Positions 24,078-38,700 of a DNA stretch of 64,000 nt are shown in pieces (positions within the stretch are counted from its first letter, which is position 1; every line of letters begins with the position of its first letter). This DNA is from Amoebophrya sp. A120 (taxonomy: Eukaryota; Protista; Dinoflagellata). Made by a program: the position numbers and the translations under genes. Below the pieces are notes generated by a model. It worked only from the letters and a program-made list of their open reading frames with translations, ran no database searches and was not told the DNA's origin. Where the stretch lies: NCBI GenBank assembly GCA_905178155.1, contig CAJINV010000002.1:208354-272353 (forward strand), in the 5' to 3' direction.

Positions 24078-27000
24078 GCCAATTTACATATCTGAAAACT
24101 TCGATCAACACCCGCGTCGATCATTGCTGATGATCAACATGCCACAACGTCAAACTGGCGACAGAACGGCCCCCGTGACAGCTCAGCTTCACAAAGGTGA
24201 TTTTGGATCGCGCCGGGTGGTGAACACTTATGCCGCTTTTCCGACAAGAGAAAAACCCCGCCGACAAGGGCTGCCCTCGCCTTTTCGCGACAAGAGAAAA
24301 GCCCCGCCTTCTAGCTACCCTCGCTGCTGCAGCGGCGTCCGGGGCTTTATTTTAGTTTGTTTTTGAAATTTGGCACGGAGGGCACACTAACCTAAGTGAC
24401 ACATGGACAAATCGGCGAGGGCGAGATGTCCCGGATAGTAGACTCCAAGCCGCGGCCCCGCTCCTTACCTTGCTCAGGCGGGAAGGCTGAGTAGGTAGGA
24501 GGACAGCAACCAAGAGGCGCGGGCCCTCCCTGGCTGGACAACAGCGAACAGGCACCGACCCACGGGCCCGACACGCCAGCGAGCGCTCGCAGGGTGAAGA
24601 CAGACCGGGCGCTGCGTGCGCTTTGTTTCTTTGCCTGCGCACGCGCGCCGTTTTGCGTGGGCAATCAAGAATAAGCGAGGCCCCTCCACCCCGCCTGACC
24701 GCAACCGGGCGCCAACGGCCGGCGCGTTGCATTTTTTGCAGATCGAACGATACCCCTGCCGGGCGGCACGGGGAACGAAGGGGCGCAAAACAGAAACAGG
24801 CAGCCCGAGAAACGAGGCCGCCACAGGCGCGCGGGGGCCACACAAGTGCCGACGACCGACCCGACCGCCCGCCCGCCGGCGCCCTGCCTGGCTGGCCACC
24901 AAGGCCGGGCAACCATCCACCAAAACACAACCCGGCCCCGGGCGAGCGCGGAGGGCTCCCAAACGGGCCCACGGCTCGCTCGGGGGCGTGGCGGGGCAGG
25001 CTCTTACTTTGTTCGGGGCCGGCGGCGCGCAGGTCCTGCGGGTTCTTCTTTCGAAACGTTAGCGCGCGCGCGGGGTTGAGCGCTCGCGCGCACGTCCTGC
25101 GCTGGAAAGCCTCGCGATACACCCCGGCCGCGTAACCGGCCAGAAACTGACCCGCCAAGGCCGGGGGCAGGTTGACCGCGCCCGCAGCCCGGCCAAACCA
25201 CCGCGGCGCGCCTCGGTCGCTCCCTCGGCGAAGACCTGGCGACGACATTTCTGCCTACGCAATGCGCCCGCCGCTTCACGGGGCCAAGAGACGCACGGAA
25301 CCACCGCTCGGCCAGGAGGCGCGCGCAAAAAACCAACCGCCCGCCATTGCGATCGGGCGCCCTGCTGTATCGCTGCCGCCCCGCGCCAAGCAAATCTGCC
25401 AGCCATGGGCCTCCGCCCGCCGTTTCCTGCGCAGGCAGTGGCGCCGCCAGGCCTGCCAATCCCGCCCGCCCCGCGCTTTCACTTCTCTCGATTTTCCCTA
25501 GTCGCGTTTCGCTTTTCGCGTTTCGGGATCAAGATCGCGCCCCCAACAACAGAGCGCCATGCCCCCCGGGCAGTGAGTACCCGCCGGGGCCGGCTTCATG
25601 CTGCCAGCCTTGCGCAGCCTCAGAGGCCGGCAGGCCAGGGCGTGTCTGTGCCAGAGTGCCGGCCCGGCCCCGCATCGTTATAAGGTCGTAAGTAGCCATC
25701 GCCACGCGCTTGAACCTAGTGCCAAGTCTGGCGCCCTGGCCCTTCTCCGCGAGCTTAGTCAGAGCCGCGCCCCTGACGGTGCTCGTATCGCTGCCCAGCG
25801 ATTTTGCAGCGGGGCACGCCGGTGGGCCACACAGAGCGCGAGCGATCTGCGTCGATGATATGATCGCCCTCGCGGGACCACGGAAGACAGGGTTACAAAA
25901 AACAACCGCAAACGCTTGCGGCCCCATGCGCCCCGGTGGACATACAACTTATCGCCATCGTTCTCGGTGCGGTCGATCGACAACGACGGCCGGGCCTGCT
26001 AAGCACAGGCGCGGGGCCGCCGGCTAGGCCCCAGAGATTCGCCAGCAGTTTTTTTGTTAAGGCGACCAACAGTGTCCACGCGGATCTCTTTCAAAATCAT
26101 GAACACAATTGCCGTACGGCGGATGCGCTGACGGATCTTCGAACTGTGCAACAACCTTTTGGGTTGGCGTTGCGTCATGTTAATTCTCGTTCTTCGTCTT
26201 CTTGTAGTACGATCATGACGTGCTCTTGTGCTATCTGTGTTTGTCGTCTTGATATTTCCATTCTCTTCACGTACGGTTATTACTTACGTGTTGTTTATCG
26301 TCTTGATATTTCCATTTTCTTCACATGCGGTCATTACTTGTTGTTTGAAAATACATCATCTGCGTGGTGCGTATAACCAATCTTCATGTTCCCTTTCGAG
26401 TGCGAAGTGACTTGCAGTCATGGTAAAAAAATCATCAGCTTCGTTGTGTGATCAGGGTAACGTAACGAGCGCGTTCTTAGTGCTGCGACGTGATCTGCAT
26501 CTGATGTTCTTTATTCTTCATGAGGAATATGTAAAACAAAAACTTCGGTATTGTACGTCATTCTTTATTCCCATTTCGTGCAGGTCGACAGCACGTCGAC
26601 CGACGTCGTAGCTCTTTATTCTCTAATATACCACATCACCCCTCCACCCGAGCAAGAACAACTTCCCCACTCCCCACCTCGATGTCGCCGGACGCCCGCG
26701 CTGGTTCTACCGGTTGCTTCTCCTGTGGAAGGTGATCTTCATCTTTATCTTCCCCAGCAACACTACTATTTTGCACAGAAGTCGAGGATGTAGCTTTTAT
26801 CGATGAATCCTGTTCAGCGAGGACCGCAGCTCTACTTCTGCTGACACCACTGTACTCCACTTCAAAACCGTACATCCTCAACACCCGCTCGCGAAACGCC
26901 GCCGACCCGGTGAGCACATAATCTGCGTCATTGTAGTTGCTCTTGTCCTCCTGTCTACGTCCAGATAAAGATTTCCCCCCAGCAGGAGCCCTCCTGGCCC

Positions 27001-29705
27001 CGCCCCGTATCCGTTCCGGCTTGCCTGCCAATTTACATATCTGAAAACTTCGATCAACACCCGCGTCAATACTTGCTGATGATCAACATGACAGACAAAA
27101 CGTCAAACTGGCGACGAAACGACCGCCGTGACAGCTCAGCCTGAGGGATGTGAAGGAGTGTATCGCGTCCGGGTGGTGAACACTTATGCCGCTTTTACGA
27201 CAAGAGGAGAACCCCACCGACCAGGGCTGCTCTGCTAGCTACCCTCGCTGCTGCAGTGGCGCCCGGGGCTTTTTTCAATTTGACACGGGGGGCATACCAA
27301 ATAAACACACGGACAAAAAAATCGACGAGGGCGTGGCGTGCCAATTAGATTCCACGCCGCAGCCCCACTGCCTCCCTTCGCCGGGCGGGAAAGCTTTGTA
27401 GGAGAACCAGGAGAACAGCAACCAGCTACAGGCACGGACCAGGCACGCTAGCGCGGGATCCAGGCGGGCCGCCCAGTGCGTGCGCATTGCCTGCACCGGC
27501 GCCCACGCCGTTTCGCGTGGCCAAACAATCAAAAGCCCCGGCGCAAGGCGACGTGGGCTCCTGGGTGCACCCTGGCGGCCGCGCTCGCAGATGCCCCCGC
27601 CGGAACGAGGGCGGGGCGCCAAGGTAACAGGCAACACAAGATAGAAACTAACGGCGCCGCCGGCCGCGGGCGCGCGGGGGCCACACAACTGCCGACGGCC
27701 CGCGGGAGCGTTGTGGCTGTGGTTGGCGCATTCGGCTCGGATACCGTCTTGCGGGAAAGGAAATGGATGTAGTAGTTGATCTTGCGAGCGCGATGCCTGC
27801 TGAAGTTCCGATCAGCCGCAGCGCCGACCTGGGCGCCCTTGCCGGCCATCTAACGCGGGCAACCATCAAAAAACTGCCCGGCCCCGGGCGAACGCGCAGG
27901 GGGGGCGCCCCCCCTGCGGCCTGCGGGCGCGCGCAGGGCGGGCCGTTTCCCACCCTAAGAGAAGCGGACGGCGCGCGGACGCGTGATCATTCAAGGGCCC
28001 ACCCACCTCGCGCGAAGGGCATGTTGTCGCCACAACCCGTTGGGGCAGGACCCATTGGCCCCCCACGTGTGACGGTGAAGCTATCCGCCTTCGCCTTTCG
28101 GGCCAGGTCGTGCAACACGCGCAGCACGCGAACAGGGTCCGCCCGCGTTCAACAGCTTGGCGAGGTTGGGGCCCACACCATTCCGGCCCCCCTCGCGCAC
28201 GTTCCCACGCAGGTTCTGCTTCGTCTCGCTGGCCGGTCGGCGGCATGGTCGAAAATAGCCCGGCGCCTCCCTCTTCGCGTCCACCGCCTTCTGCCGCTTT
28301 GTTCCTTCGCTTAGGGGGGGCGGCCGCCTCTTCTGATGCGCGGGAGCGCTTCCGGCGGGGTTTTTGGCTTGGGCTCGGCGGGGGTATTTTTCGGATTCCA
28401 TTTTGCCGCCGCTTCTTGAAAACGCCCAGAATGACAGAGCAAACGCCACCCGGGACAGCTCGACTCCCGGAACGCGTCCGGCGTCGCGAGATCAGATGGC
28501 AATGAATGCTGGCGCAAATCGGGCTGCGCCAGGCAGCCGGGCCTCGCCGAAGGCCTGGCGGCCCCATTTCTGCCCACACAATGCGCCCGCCGCGGGCGCC
28601 ACATGGCCAAAGGCACGGAGCCGCGCCCCAATCAGAAGGCGCGCAAAGTGAACCAGCCATCCGCCAGGCGCGGCCGCCCGCCGTCACGATGAAACAAACG
28701 CCGGGCCAAGTTTGGCGGCCATGGGGCGCCACCGCTTCGGAAGTGCGCACGCTCGCAATGGCGCCGCCCGGCCTGCCGACTGGGCAACATAAATCCGCGG
28801 GACTTATTTGCTAAAGCGACTAAACTCGATCCCACGGACCTCTTGCAAAATTATGAACGCAAGTGTCGGTGTCGCCGACGGATCTTCGGACCACGCAACA
28901 GCCCTTTGGACCGGCGTTGCGTGTTAGCTTTTGTTCTTCTACATCTTGCGACGATCATGCCGTGCTTTCGTGATTATCATTTCATGTTTACTTTCACTTC
29001 GATCATTCATTCCATTTTTCTCTACTTCACGCTGAGTTTATTTCGTTGACAAGTTCAAAATACGCAATGTTCCAGTTTTCTTTCGAGTTAAAATGACTTG
29101 CACTCGCGCTGAAAAGTTCAGCAGGTTAGAGGAGAGTAACGTGACGAGCTAGTTCTTCTTCTTGCGACGTGATCTACATCTGATGTTTATGAGGAGTACT
29201 TTCATGAATATCGTTGTCGTTCACTGTATTCCCATAATTTCGTGCAGGTCGACAGCACGACCGACGTAGTTCTTCTTCTTTATTCTCTAATATATCACAT
29301 CACCCCTCCACCCGCGGTAAGACCAACTCCCCCACTCCCCACCTCGGTGTCGCCGGACGGCCGGGCTGGTACAACTACAGGTTGCTTCTCCTGTGGAAGG
29401 TGATCCTGATCTTCCCCAGCAACGCTACTATTTTGCACAGAAGTCGAGGATGTTCTTGCTGATGAATCCTGTTCAGCGAGGACCGCAGCTCTGCTTCTGC
29501 TGACACCACTGTATTCCACTTCAAATCCGTACATCCTCAACACCCGCTCGCGAAACGCCGCCGACCCGGTGAGCAAGGGAACAGCAAAATGATCTTCGTC
29601 ATTGTAGTAGCTCGTGTCCTCCTTGCTACTTCCAGATAAATATTTTCCCCCAGCAGGACGAGCCCTCCCGGCCCCGACCCGTATCCTCTCCGGCTTGCCT
29701 GCCAA
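24078..29705. repeat. Tandem segmental duplication (24078-27031 and 27027-29705)
   Basis: GCCAATTTACATATCTGAAAACTTCGATCAACACCCGCGTC opens both copies; 26580-27031 matches 29240-29705; GCCAA microhomology at all three junctions. Confidence 0.88.
26636..27031 (-). pseudogene. Duplicated 3' fragment of gene 3 (end of RAP domain)
   Basis: AGKPERIR...LTGSAAFRERVLRMYGFEVEYSGVSRS nearly identical to the C-terminus of ORF 29295..30134; no upstream exons. Confidence 0.8.
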
Positions 29706-32700
29706 AACCACTGTGCCCCTCGGCCTTCGGTTCCGCAGCACCCCAAACACGCCCCGACTGGTGTGCCCATAGAGAAGCAGCTCGCGGCAGGCGGATTGAT
29801 TTTTTATTTCGTAGTTTTGATTGTGACGATTTCTGGCGAAAATAGTTCCGGTTCTAGTTTGCTGTTGTGCTTTATTTTTAGCGTGACTGTCACCCCCGTC
29901 CATTCCTGTTGCTGGTACCAACTTTGTGATTTTGAAGGGGTAGAGCGGGAGCTCTTCTTCGGTGGGAGTAGTAGATCTGCGGTTGCTCGGTTTGAAGCCG
30001 TCGCTTCTCGAATTTGAACTTGTTGCAGAGGAACTACAGGAAGAGCTGTGAGGAAGGTTCAATTGGTTTTCGAACCCAGCACTCCAGGTCGTCGTCCCTG
30101 TGTCGTTGAAAGTAGAAAAGGTTCTGTCCACCACCTGGTAGTATGCATTGCAAAAGTATCAAATATTCGTACTACATATGCACAGATGCATCATGACAAA
30201 TCTCCTTGTCAAGGTGAATCAGCGTGACAAACTCCATTTCCATTTGTCATGCTGACCAAGTCTGTAATGCAATTTGAATTTCTACCTAGTAGTAGTAAAA
30301 CGATAAGTACTTTTGCAATTCATAGATAGTTTCGCGCACCGAAGTGCGGACTGAACACGGTGTCGGGAAACTGTTTTTCCATCGCAAGGCAGAACTTCTC
30401 TTCCGCATCGGATAGTTGTGCAGGAAATGATTGTTCGATGATGTCAACGTAGTTACTATGCGGAGGAGGACACAACAAGTCCTCTCCAGATTCATCATCA
30501 TCGAACGTAGTTACTATCCCCAAGCTCTTCCCCGCCCGGACCGCTGCGTGGACGATTTGCGCTTTGTGCACGTCTTGCGGTGAAAGCAGCAAAGAACTGG
30601 ACGTCATACAGTCCGTTCCTAACAGCTGTGTTGCGATTCGACGATACAAAAGGTCGAAAAATTGGAGATCCAGAACGGGAGATGGCTGATGACTGCCAGA
30701 AGATGTTGTTGAATTTGTGTTGCAGTTGTTCCTGTTGCCGCGTCTTGGTCTTATTTCATCATCACTGAAAATCAATTTTGCGTAGTACAAGACCGGGATC
30801 AAGTGCATATCAACTGCAAAAATGTCTGGGTCTGGAAGATTGCCAGGTTTGTCATGCATATTTTGCATGACCAATGACGCCTGTAATGCATGCCCTAGCA
30901 TCCCAGAATTTTAGGAGGCTTCCTGATGCTTATTCCGCATGAGAAATGTCCTCCCCGTGTAGCACAAACTGGACTCCTTTAGCTAGTCACGCAATACAGA
31001 TTTTTTTGGAATCCAAACACAGCATCACAAGTTACCACCTTCCAGAACCAGACCATACATGTGATAGTGCACTGTGTGCAGCAAATGCGCCTCCTCGTTC
31101 AATTTCGTTGCTAGGAGGAACTTGAGGTCTGAAAGATTTGATGATGATGTCACTTTCATCGTTGCGGCCGATGTTTTTACTTCCACTTGCGGATTCATCG
31201 TGCTGTTGCCTTGTAAAAGTTCCTCGTTAATTATCCCGTTTTGTTGTTCCAGTGGTCGTGCACGAACATTTTTTGTCATGGTTCTTCTTCCTCCACCTAG
31301 TTCCCCCACGGCCTCGAGAATTTTGAGTAAGTCGAACAAATCCAAGTTTCCGTAATTCTGCCGAACGTAAAACTCCACAAAATTATTGTTTGCGGTCGTC
31401 GAATATGCATTGCAAGCGCATCGTACTAGTCGAAATCGCATCACAAATTCGATCAGAATGACAAATGCAATTTGTCATGCTGTTTTACGTTGAAATGGTA
31501 ATTTGTAATGCATGACTGCGATTACTACGAGTACGATGCTTTTGCACAGGATATCGAAGAAGAAGTTCTACCGCCCGCCGTCACCGGCTCTGCCCATCTC
31601 AAATCCACACAAGCTTCCAGCAGCTTCCAGAACTGAAATGCGGTGGGGAATATAGTTGGTGCTGATGTACTAGGCCACCGCGCACGAAGTTGGTTGATTT
31701 GTGATAGTACGGTTGGCGGAGCAAGAGGGGAGGATGCTGTGGATGATCGAAGCTCAGCTAACGCACTTTCATCCTCTTGCTCTTGCTCTTCATTGTTACA
31801 CAGTGTTGAGTCCGGGGGCGATGACGAGGGGTTAGCACCAAAGCTCCCACGACCTGTAGTATCCTGCTGGCCGGAAGAAAAGGCTTTTAGAGCGGTTTCT
31901 TCGCTCATTTTTTTTGGCTGCTCCCTAACATCTACTCCGACATCAAACGAAGTAATATTTGCATTGTTGCCAGAGGTCTTCCTCGTCGACGTCGGGCTTG
32001 TTTCATCGGAACTTCTTGAAAACACTTCCGCCTCGTTCTGTACCGGCATGAGCGTTTGTCCGATTTGGTCCAAAAGCAAGTCATTCACCTTCCGCTGCTG
32101 CTCGCGCCATGATCCGAACGCGATAGTCCTGCTATCTCCGGCTCCTGCCGCGTCACCTATTGTAGAAGTTCCAATGGCAACAGCCTTTTCTTCGCTCTTC
32201 GTGTTGAGAAAGTAGTCCTCTTCACTCGCCAACAAATGCGGGAAGAGGAGCAGAGAATTTTGCGAAAGACAAGAGAGTGGTTGCGGATCCTCATGCGGGA
32301 GGTGATTTTCCGCTTCAGGAAAAATAGGAGCGGTCGATTTATTTTGGCGATGATATAATAATGCCCGTAGTGGTTGCGCCTCGCATTGTCTTTGACTCCG
32401 AAGCAGTTGCAACATTGTGCCCTTAATTTTCGCCAGGAGCGGGAAGGTTGACATCATGCTCGTGCTGCTTCCGGACTGCGACAAGAACACAGAATTGGTG
32501 TAGTATTCATCTTGCGACGCGGCCGAAGATGTAGGCGTCATACCCCTACTTCGTCTCGATCCGTACCGATACAGGCAGCTATTCCGGACCAACCTCCGCA
32601 CCTTCCAGTCCCCCCAACTGGGCTCAATATCGGGCGGATCGGAGTCTTCTGTTTCGCGGGTTCTGCGCTTCTTGTTTCGCCGAATCGCTCGATCTAATCC

Positions 32701-35700
32701 TTGCAGGAACCTTCTCCGGTTAAAGTAGTAACCGCTGTGGACAAAATCCGCGCAAAGCTGGATCATGTCGTCCAAAGAGGCATATGCGTTGCAAATACTT
32801 ATGTCTTGGTCGGGAAGACTGCAGCTTGTGATGCTGTCTCTGGATTCTAAAAAAATCTGTATTGCATGACCAGCAAAAGGAGTCCAGTTTGTGCTACGCG
32901 CAGACGAGGGCATTTGTCATGCAAAATACGCATCAGAAAGCCCTCTCAAAATCTGTGATGCTAGAAGGCCATGCATTACAGGCATCGCGGGTTATGCAAA
33001 ATATGCATGACAAACCTAGCAATCTTCTAGACCCAAACATATTTGCATTTGATAAGGCAGAGCAGGAGGGAGACAAAGCCCGTTGCTCCACCTTCTGAAA
33101 CAACTCCGGTTCGTTATCCTGTGTAAAAACGTCCCCACCCCAAGATTGTCATGCAGAATTACAACCACAGGAAGACTTGTCATGCGCGTCCCCATGTTGA
33201 GAGGCATTTTCAATCATGTTATGCAAAAATTTGTGATGCTGTAAACAGGATACCAGGATGGCTTTGTGATGCGGTTGTCCTTGCTAACCCGCATTACAGT
33301 ACAGAGAAAAACTTGTCATGCGTGCAGTACGTTGGAATGTTGTTGCTGGTTGAGATGTTGAGCATCACTACGAAATGTTGAAAATATACTGCGACAGGAT
33401 TTTTGCACGCAAGCATCGCAAAAGCAAAAGCAAAGCAATGCCGTGCCCTTTTCCCTGTGAAAGCAAAGCAGAACATCCGAACCCGAAAAAACAACTCACA
33501 TCTCTCCAAGCCGATGGATTGCGCAAAACATTCGATCGCCGGAAAAAGAACAATCCAAGGAAAAACAGCAATGCAATGGTCTACGGGAGAAATGAATTGC
33601 TAGCAACGGTCACTCGTAGTTGCCCCGATGTGGTGTGGTTATTTTCTTGCGCGCACGCAAAAAAGAGAGCAAGTCACGATATCAACGGAAGGGCTTCCCC
33701 GCTGTCGCAACAAAAGCTAACTTTGGAAAATGGGCGAAAGAACTTAAAAGAAGGTGCTTCACGCAAAATAAAATGTAAAGAAACGCACGCAGCGCAAAAA
33801 ACAAAATAAATCGAAGCAAAACCAGCAATGCAATGGTCTAAGGAAAAAGCGCATTGCTGGCGCAAATGGCTACACCCACGATGCTTGCAACAGCGGCGCC
33901 GGCGCACCTTGGCCTTTATTAAATGCGAGCGCGAAAAGAAGAGCGCGAAGCCAGCAAAAGCGTGCGCTAGCTCTTATTTTAATGGATGCGCCCAAGGCGA
34001 AAGAAGATAACGTGGAGGGGAAAGCCAGCCCCTATAGAGAATAGCAATAGCTACGGGGGAGCGCTCCCTGCTACCACGGCAAGAGAGGGGCGGAAATCGG
34101 CGACGAGCTAGTAAGTTTGGACGCACGAGAAGCAGGGCGGCTGCGGTCAGTGGAGCTAGTTTGCTTCGGTGGGGCGAAGGGCAAAGCGATATTACGGGGG
34201 AGGGGGGGGGAAGGGCGCGGAGGTCTGCGCTTTCGCCGCGCGTCCGTTCGTTCCCCGTGCTCGGTGGCCTGTGCGCTTTCGATGCTCAGCGCGACGGCGG
34301 GCCTGGCGCCCGAAAAAAAAACCAGACGACAACAGCGCCGGCCCCCGAAATAACAAAAAGCACGATCGCGCCCGGCGCGGGGGCCTCGCAATACACGGAC
34401 GAGCGCGCGCATTTTCGAAGAGGAATGGGGGAGCACTGAATCCCAAGGCCACAGAATTGCAGCAGGCACCGCGCGACCAAACTGGCTCCGACGCAAGCGA
34501 GGCGCGCAGTGGCGCAAAAATAGGGCGCACAAGGGCGCGCGCAGGCGGGGGCCCTACGTCCTCCAGGAAACAAGAGGGGGCTGCGCGCCCTACGAGAGAT
34601 ACGGGGAGCCGTTGCTGCTGGTGTTTTTCAAGAAAGCCAGGCGGCTTTTTCAGCATGGTCATAAGGCCAGTTCGGATGTAATCCTGGCGACTTTTTCATG
34701 CGTTTTTGTGCGTTTTGAAATGATGAAAAACAATTCAAATTGCGAGCAGTATTGCACTTTTTCAGCAATCACTTTGAACGAAAACGACATCGAAAGGTTT
34801 TTTTTGAAGGGGAAAACCACATTTGAACGCGGCGCGCGATGGAATGTCCAAACAATCCAACTAAAACAGCAACCGATCGCAGCAGCTGTTTTATACCAAA
34901 ACTACATTCCATCGCAGCAACAATCGAAATTTCTGCATGCGTGACTCCCAAAACTTCTGGATCTGTGTTGCAGAATTTCCATCTTGGGGTTTTTACACCG
35001 GATATTCGTAGTAGTCCGCTTTCACGGCGATGCTCGAAACGACTCTCAACAGCAGTTTCATCGGTAGTTCCGCCATCACAATGCTGTCCTTCCGGCACAG
35101 CACTAGCGCACACATCCGGTAGAACCTTTCTCCCGTGATCCTGTGGTAAACCGTCTCCCGCTTCATACCGAGGTTGGCGCAACTGATCATCAAATCGCAG
35201 AGTAAAGTTGTCTTGTACGTCTGCACCTTCCGGGGGACCAGCCGCACTTATGACAGTGCACAGCTCCCCCTCCCCCTCATTTGTAGTGCATCTCCAGCAA
35301 CAGAAACCACCTCAAAAATGCAGTCTCTGCATTACAAATCCACGCACGGAGCATAGTGCAGTTTGGGCTTCCACCAGAACTTGTCATGCAAGCACAGCCA
35401 AAAGACTTAGACAGGGTTTGGCTTTTTTGCATTACAAATGAGGGGAAGGGGCGGGAGTTGTGCACTCTCATAGAACTAACCCGCGTACCGTGCGCTCGTC
35501 CCCAACCTGCAAGTCGCTCAGCAGGCGTATGGAAGTGTCAGAATCGAAATCAACAAAATCGCAGTGCTTTGCGATGCATAAAATCGATACCACTTGGAGC
35601 CTCAGTTTCCAAGTGGCGCATGACAAATTTCGGGAGCACCAAAATCCAGTCTGTCATGGCGATTGGGCAAAGAACACTGCTCCTGTCAGGCTACTCTGGC

Positions 35701-38700
35701 AGCGCATCGTCTTCCCCCAAACAGGCTTGCAACCGGTCTCATTTGCCTGCTCCCCAACACAGGCATTGCGTGCCCTACATTTTATGCATTACAGATTTTT
35801 CGATTTTGTCGATTTCGATTCTGACACATCCATAAGGCGCAACGCCCGGGCCGGGTAGGATCCGCGCAGCGGGCGGTCTCTGGCGGTTACGTACTGGTAG
35901 AGCTCGCAGCCGATGCGCTCCGCCAGGTCGGAGTGGCTTTGTTGGAATTCTGCTGGGGTTACCAGGAATTGTATGAACTGCAAAAGTATCGTACTAGTAG
36001 TAATTGCAACACAAATTCGCTCAGCATTAGGTAATGCGGATTTACCTTAATAAAAAGAGTTGTAATGCATGATTGCGATTACTACGAGTACGATGCTTTT
36101 GCACAGGATACATTGGTACTCGCTGGTATTGTAAGGTATTGGCGAGTTCTTGTTGTGCAAGGAGTTCTGGCCGTCAAATATCGCATTCGATGCGGCCAAA
36201 GGATCTACAGGAGCGAAGCCAGTACCTGCGGGTAAGTAGTTGTTCAAATGAAAGTGGACCATCGTGGTCGCTGTCACGTCTAGCTTTCCGAAGAAAGAAT
36301 TGCTACCACAGCTATTTGTGATGTAGTATAAATCAACCTCAAAAAATACCAGTTGAGCTGCCTCCGCTACTAAGAAGAGCACTTCCTTCCCGCCCCGCCC
36401 CAATTCCACCATCTCTGTAAAACAGCTTCGCGATGCTCTCTCCAATGTCGACGAGATATTACAACGAAAGATGCCCCCACCCCACAGCTTGGGGGCATTT
36501 GTATTGCAAGCATTTCCACATGAAACACTCGCCCTCTTGCATCTATCAGCATCACAGATTTGCAATCGTGATTTTTAGCAAAGATCTGTATTGCAAAAGA
36601 TCCCAGCAAGAACGGCGCTGGTCATGCAAGCAATGCTATATACGCCTAGACTCTGCATCAGAAAGATTCATACTCATTTCGCTTTCTTGCATGACAAAAA
36701 GTTTTCATTTGGAAACCTCGCATCACAAATTGTTGCAACTTTGGAGGCATTTTTCACTGTAATACGAGATTCCAGTGCTTCAGTTCGTGAATTCGCTTCC
36801 GGAAATTGTATATCCTGTGCAAAAGTATCGTGTTCGTATAAATGCATGTCTTGCATTACAAATCTTTTTCTTAAGGCAAATCCGCATTACAAATTTTATC
36901 TCTCATGCTGAGGAAATTTGTAATGCATTTATACGAGTGCGATGCTTTTGCACTGCATATTGTACTGGTTCAGCAGGCAATTGTTAAAAAAGTCCCGGCT
37001 TGGATAGCCCAACTGCGCAAACCCCCGTGCGAGTCGCGCGTAGTCGTCTTCGCAATAGCGATTGGCCTGCATTTGGGTGAAGCCCGCTAGGGTTTGCAAC
37101 AAGGGCTGAAGCTGTCGGCAGTGGTGTCCCTGGTTGGGAAATAGGGCGGCGAGCAGGGAAATTGTTTCGGTGATGGTACTATGCATTGCAAAACAAGAAG
37201 TATCGCACTGGTTGTACTTCTAATCGCATTCATGCATTTATGATAATCTCTTTCTCATCAAGGTAAATCCGCATTTACGAATTTCCTTTCCCGTGCTGAG
37301 AAAATTTGTGGTCATGCGATTTTTACGAGTACGATAGTACAACTTTTGCAGCATTTGATAAGTGCTGCTGCTAGAACTAGTCAAACCCCCGGGACAAGCA
37401 CGATTCTGGTGCAGCAGCTGCAAGGCAACGTGATCTTCCGAAAATTGGTAACAGAGCTGCTTCAGCGTTTTCACCACCTGGAGCCGCAGCTGCCGCTCAG
37501 GGGATAGTATTCTTTGATTTTGCTCATCTAGTTCTACTTGGATAATACTAACATGACTGTTGCTGTTCCGTTCGTGAGGTTCGGCGTTGCAGGAGACTGT
37601 GTCGCGGTCACTGTTGTTGTCTACCTGGAGCAGCCCGGAACTCTGTTCGCGAGAGCTGCTCGCCTCAACAGGTCTCGATGTTGGTGACCGGGCGTGGGGG
37701 CCGTTCGAAGTAGCTTTCTGATGCGCTGCCGCATGGTACGCCACAAAGAGCGCCCCTTTCTTCTTGAAGATCGACCGTCTCGCAGCTCTCGGAAGTAGAG
37801 GTATTTCCCGTATGCCAGTTGTGTGCCTGGTGTGGTTTATCCTGTGCAAAAGTATCGCACTCGTAGTAATTGCAGTCATGCATTACAAATTTTTTTCTCG
37901 AGGTCGAGGTACATACGCATTACAAATTTCATTTCTCATGCTGAACAAATTTGTCATGCATTTATACGAGTACGATACTTTTGCAATTCATATGGTTCAT
38001 TTTCCGCTGATGTCGCAGATGTTGAGTTTGATGGTTTCCAGTTGTCGCAGACGCCAGACTTTTTTCGATCAGTTTCGCCGTGCAGAGAACCTTCGCTCCG
38101 GCGGAAAGGAGGGGTAGAAAAGCCGCGCTGTGCACCTCGTTTGGCTTTTCTCCTATACGACAAAACAACCGGAAATATAGTTCAGCGTCGAAGAACATAT
38201 GGCGTTCTCAAATGTTACATTTCATGCATTTGTAATGCAAGAACGGCGAAAGTGAAAGGGGGAAGATTGCGCCGTTTGCATTACAGATTCGGCAAAGATT
38301 TAGATGCGGTTTAGCCCTTCGGATATTTGTCATGCGAAGTAGCTTAATCACAGCGACCTTGGTGGTAAATTTGCATGACAAATCATGTAACAGTTGAGAA
38401 CGCCATAGAACAGCAGCTCCCGGGCGCGCTTTTTCCTCGTCAACGTGCCAAAAGCGAGGAGTATCTTCACGCAGTCCGTAGGTGGTAATGTTAGGAAAAA
38501 TTTGTTGTCCAAATAAGCGACATTATCGTGGCCGCTTGGAGCAGCTCTTACTGGTGTTAGCTGCTTTAAAATTCGCTTGCTGATGTGGCGGAGAAAAGTT
38601 TGTTCCCTCCCCCGGCGTATGAATTGCAAAAGTATCGTACTAGTAGTAATCGCATTACAAATTAGCTCAGCATGAGAAATGGAATTTGTCATGCTGATTT

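Noticed and set aside
17985-28835. Long overlapping ORFs in the GC-rich blocks as genes or transposases
   Set aside because: Arg/Ala/Pro/Gly-rich in all frames, not conserved between the duplicated copies, and no DDE or other motif recognised.
34993-35004. Stop at 34993 as a gene end
   Set aside because: The YPV-stop codons lie inside the family A TIR; the frame continues at 33109.
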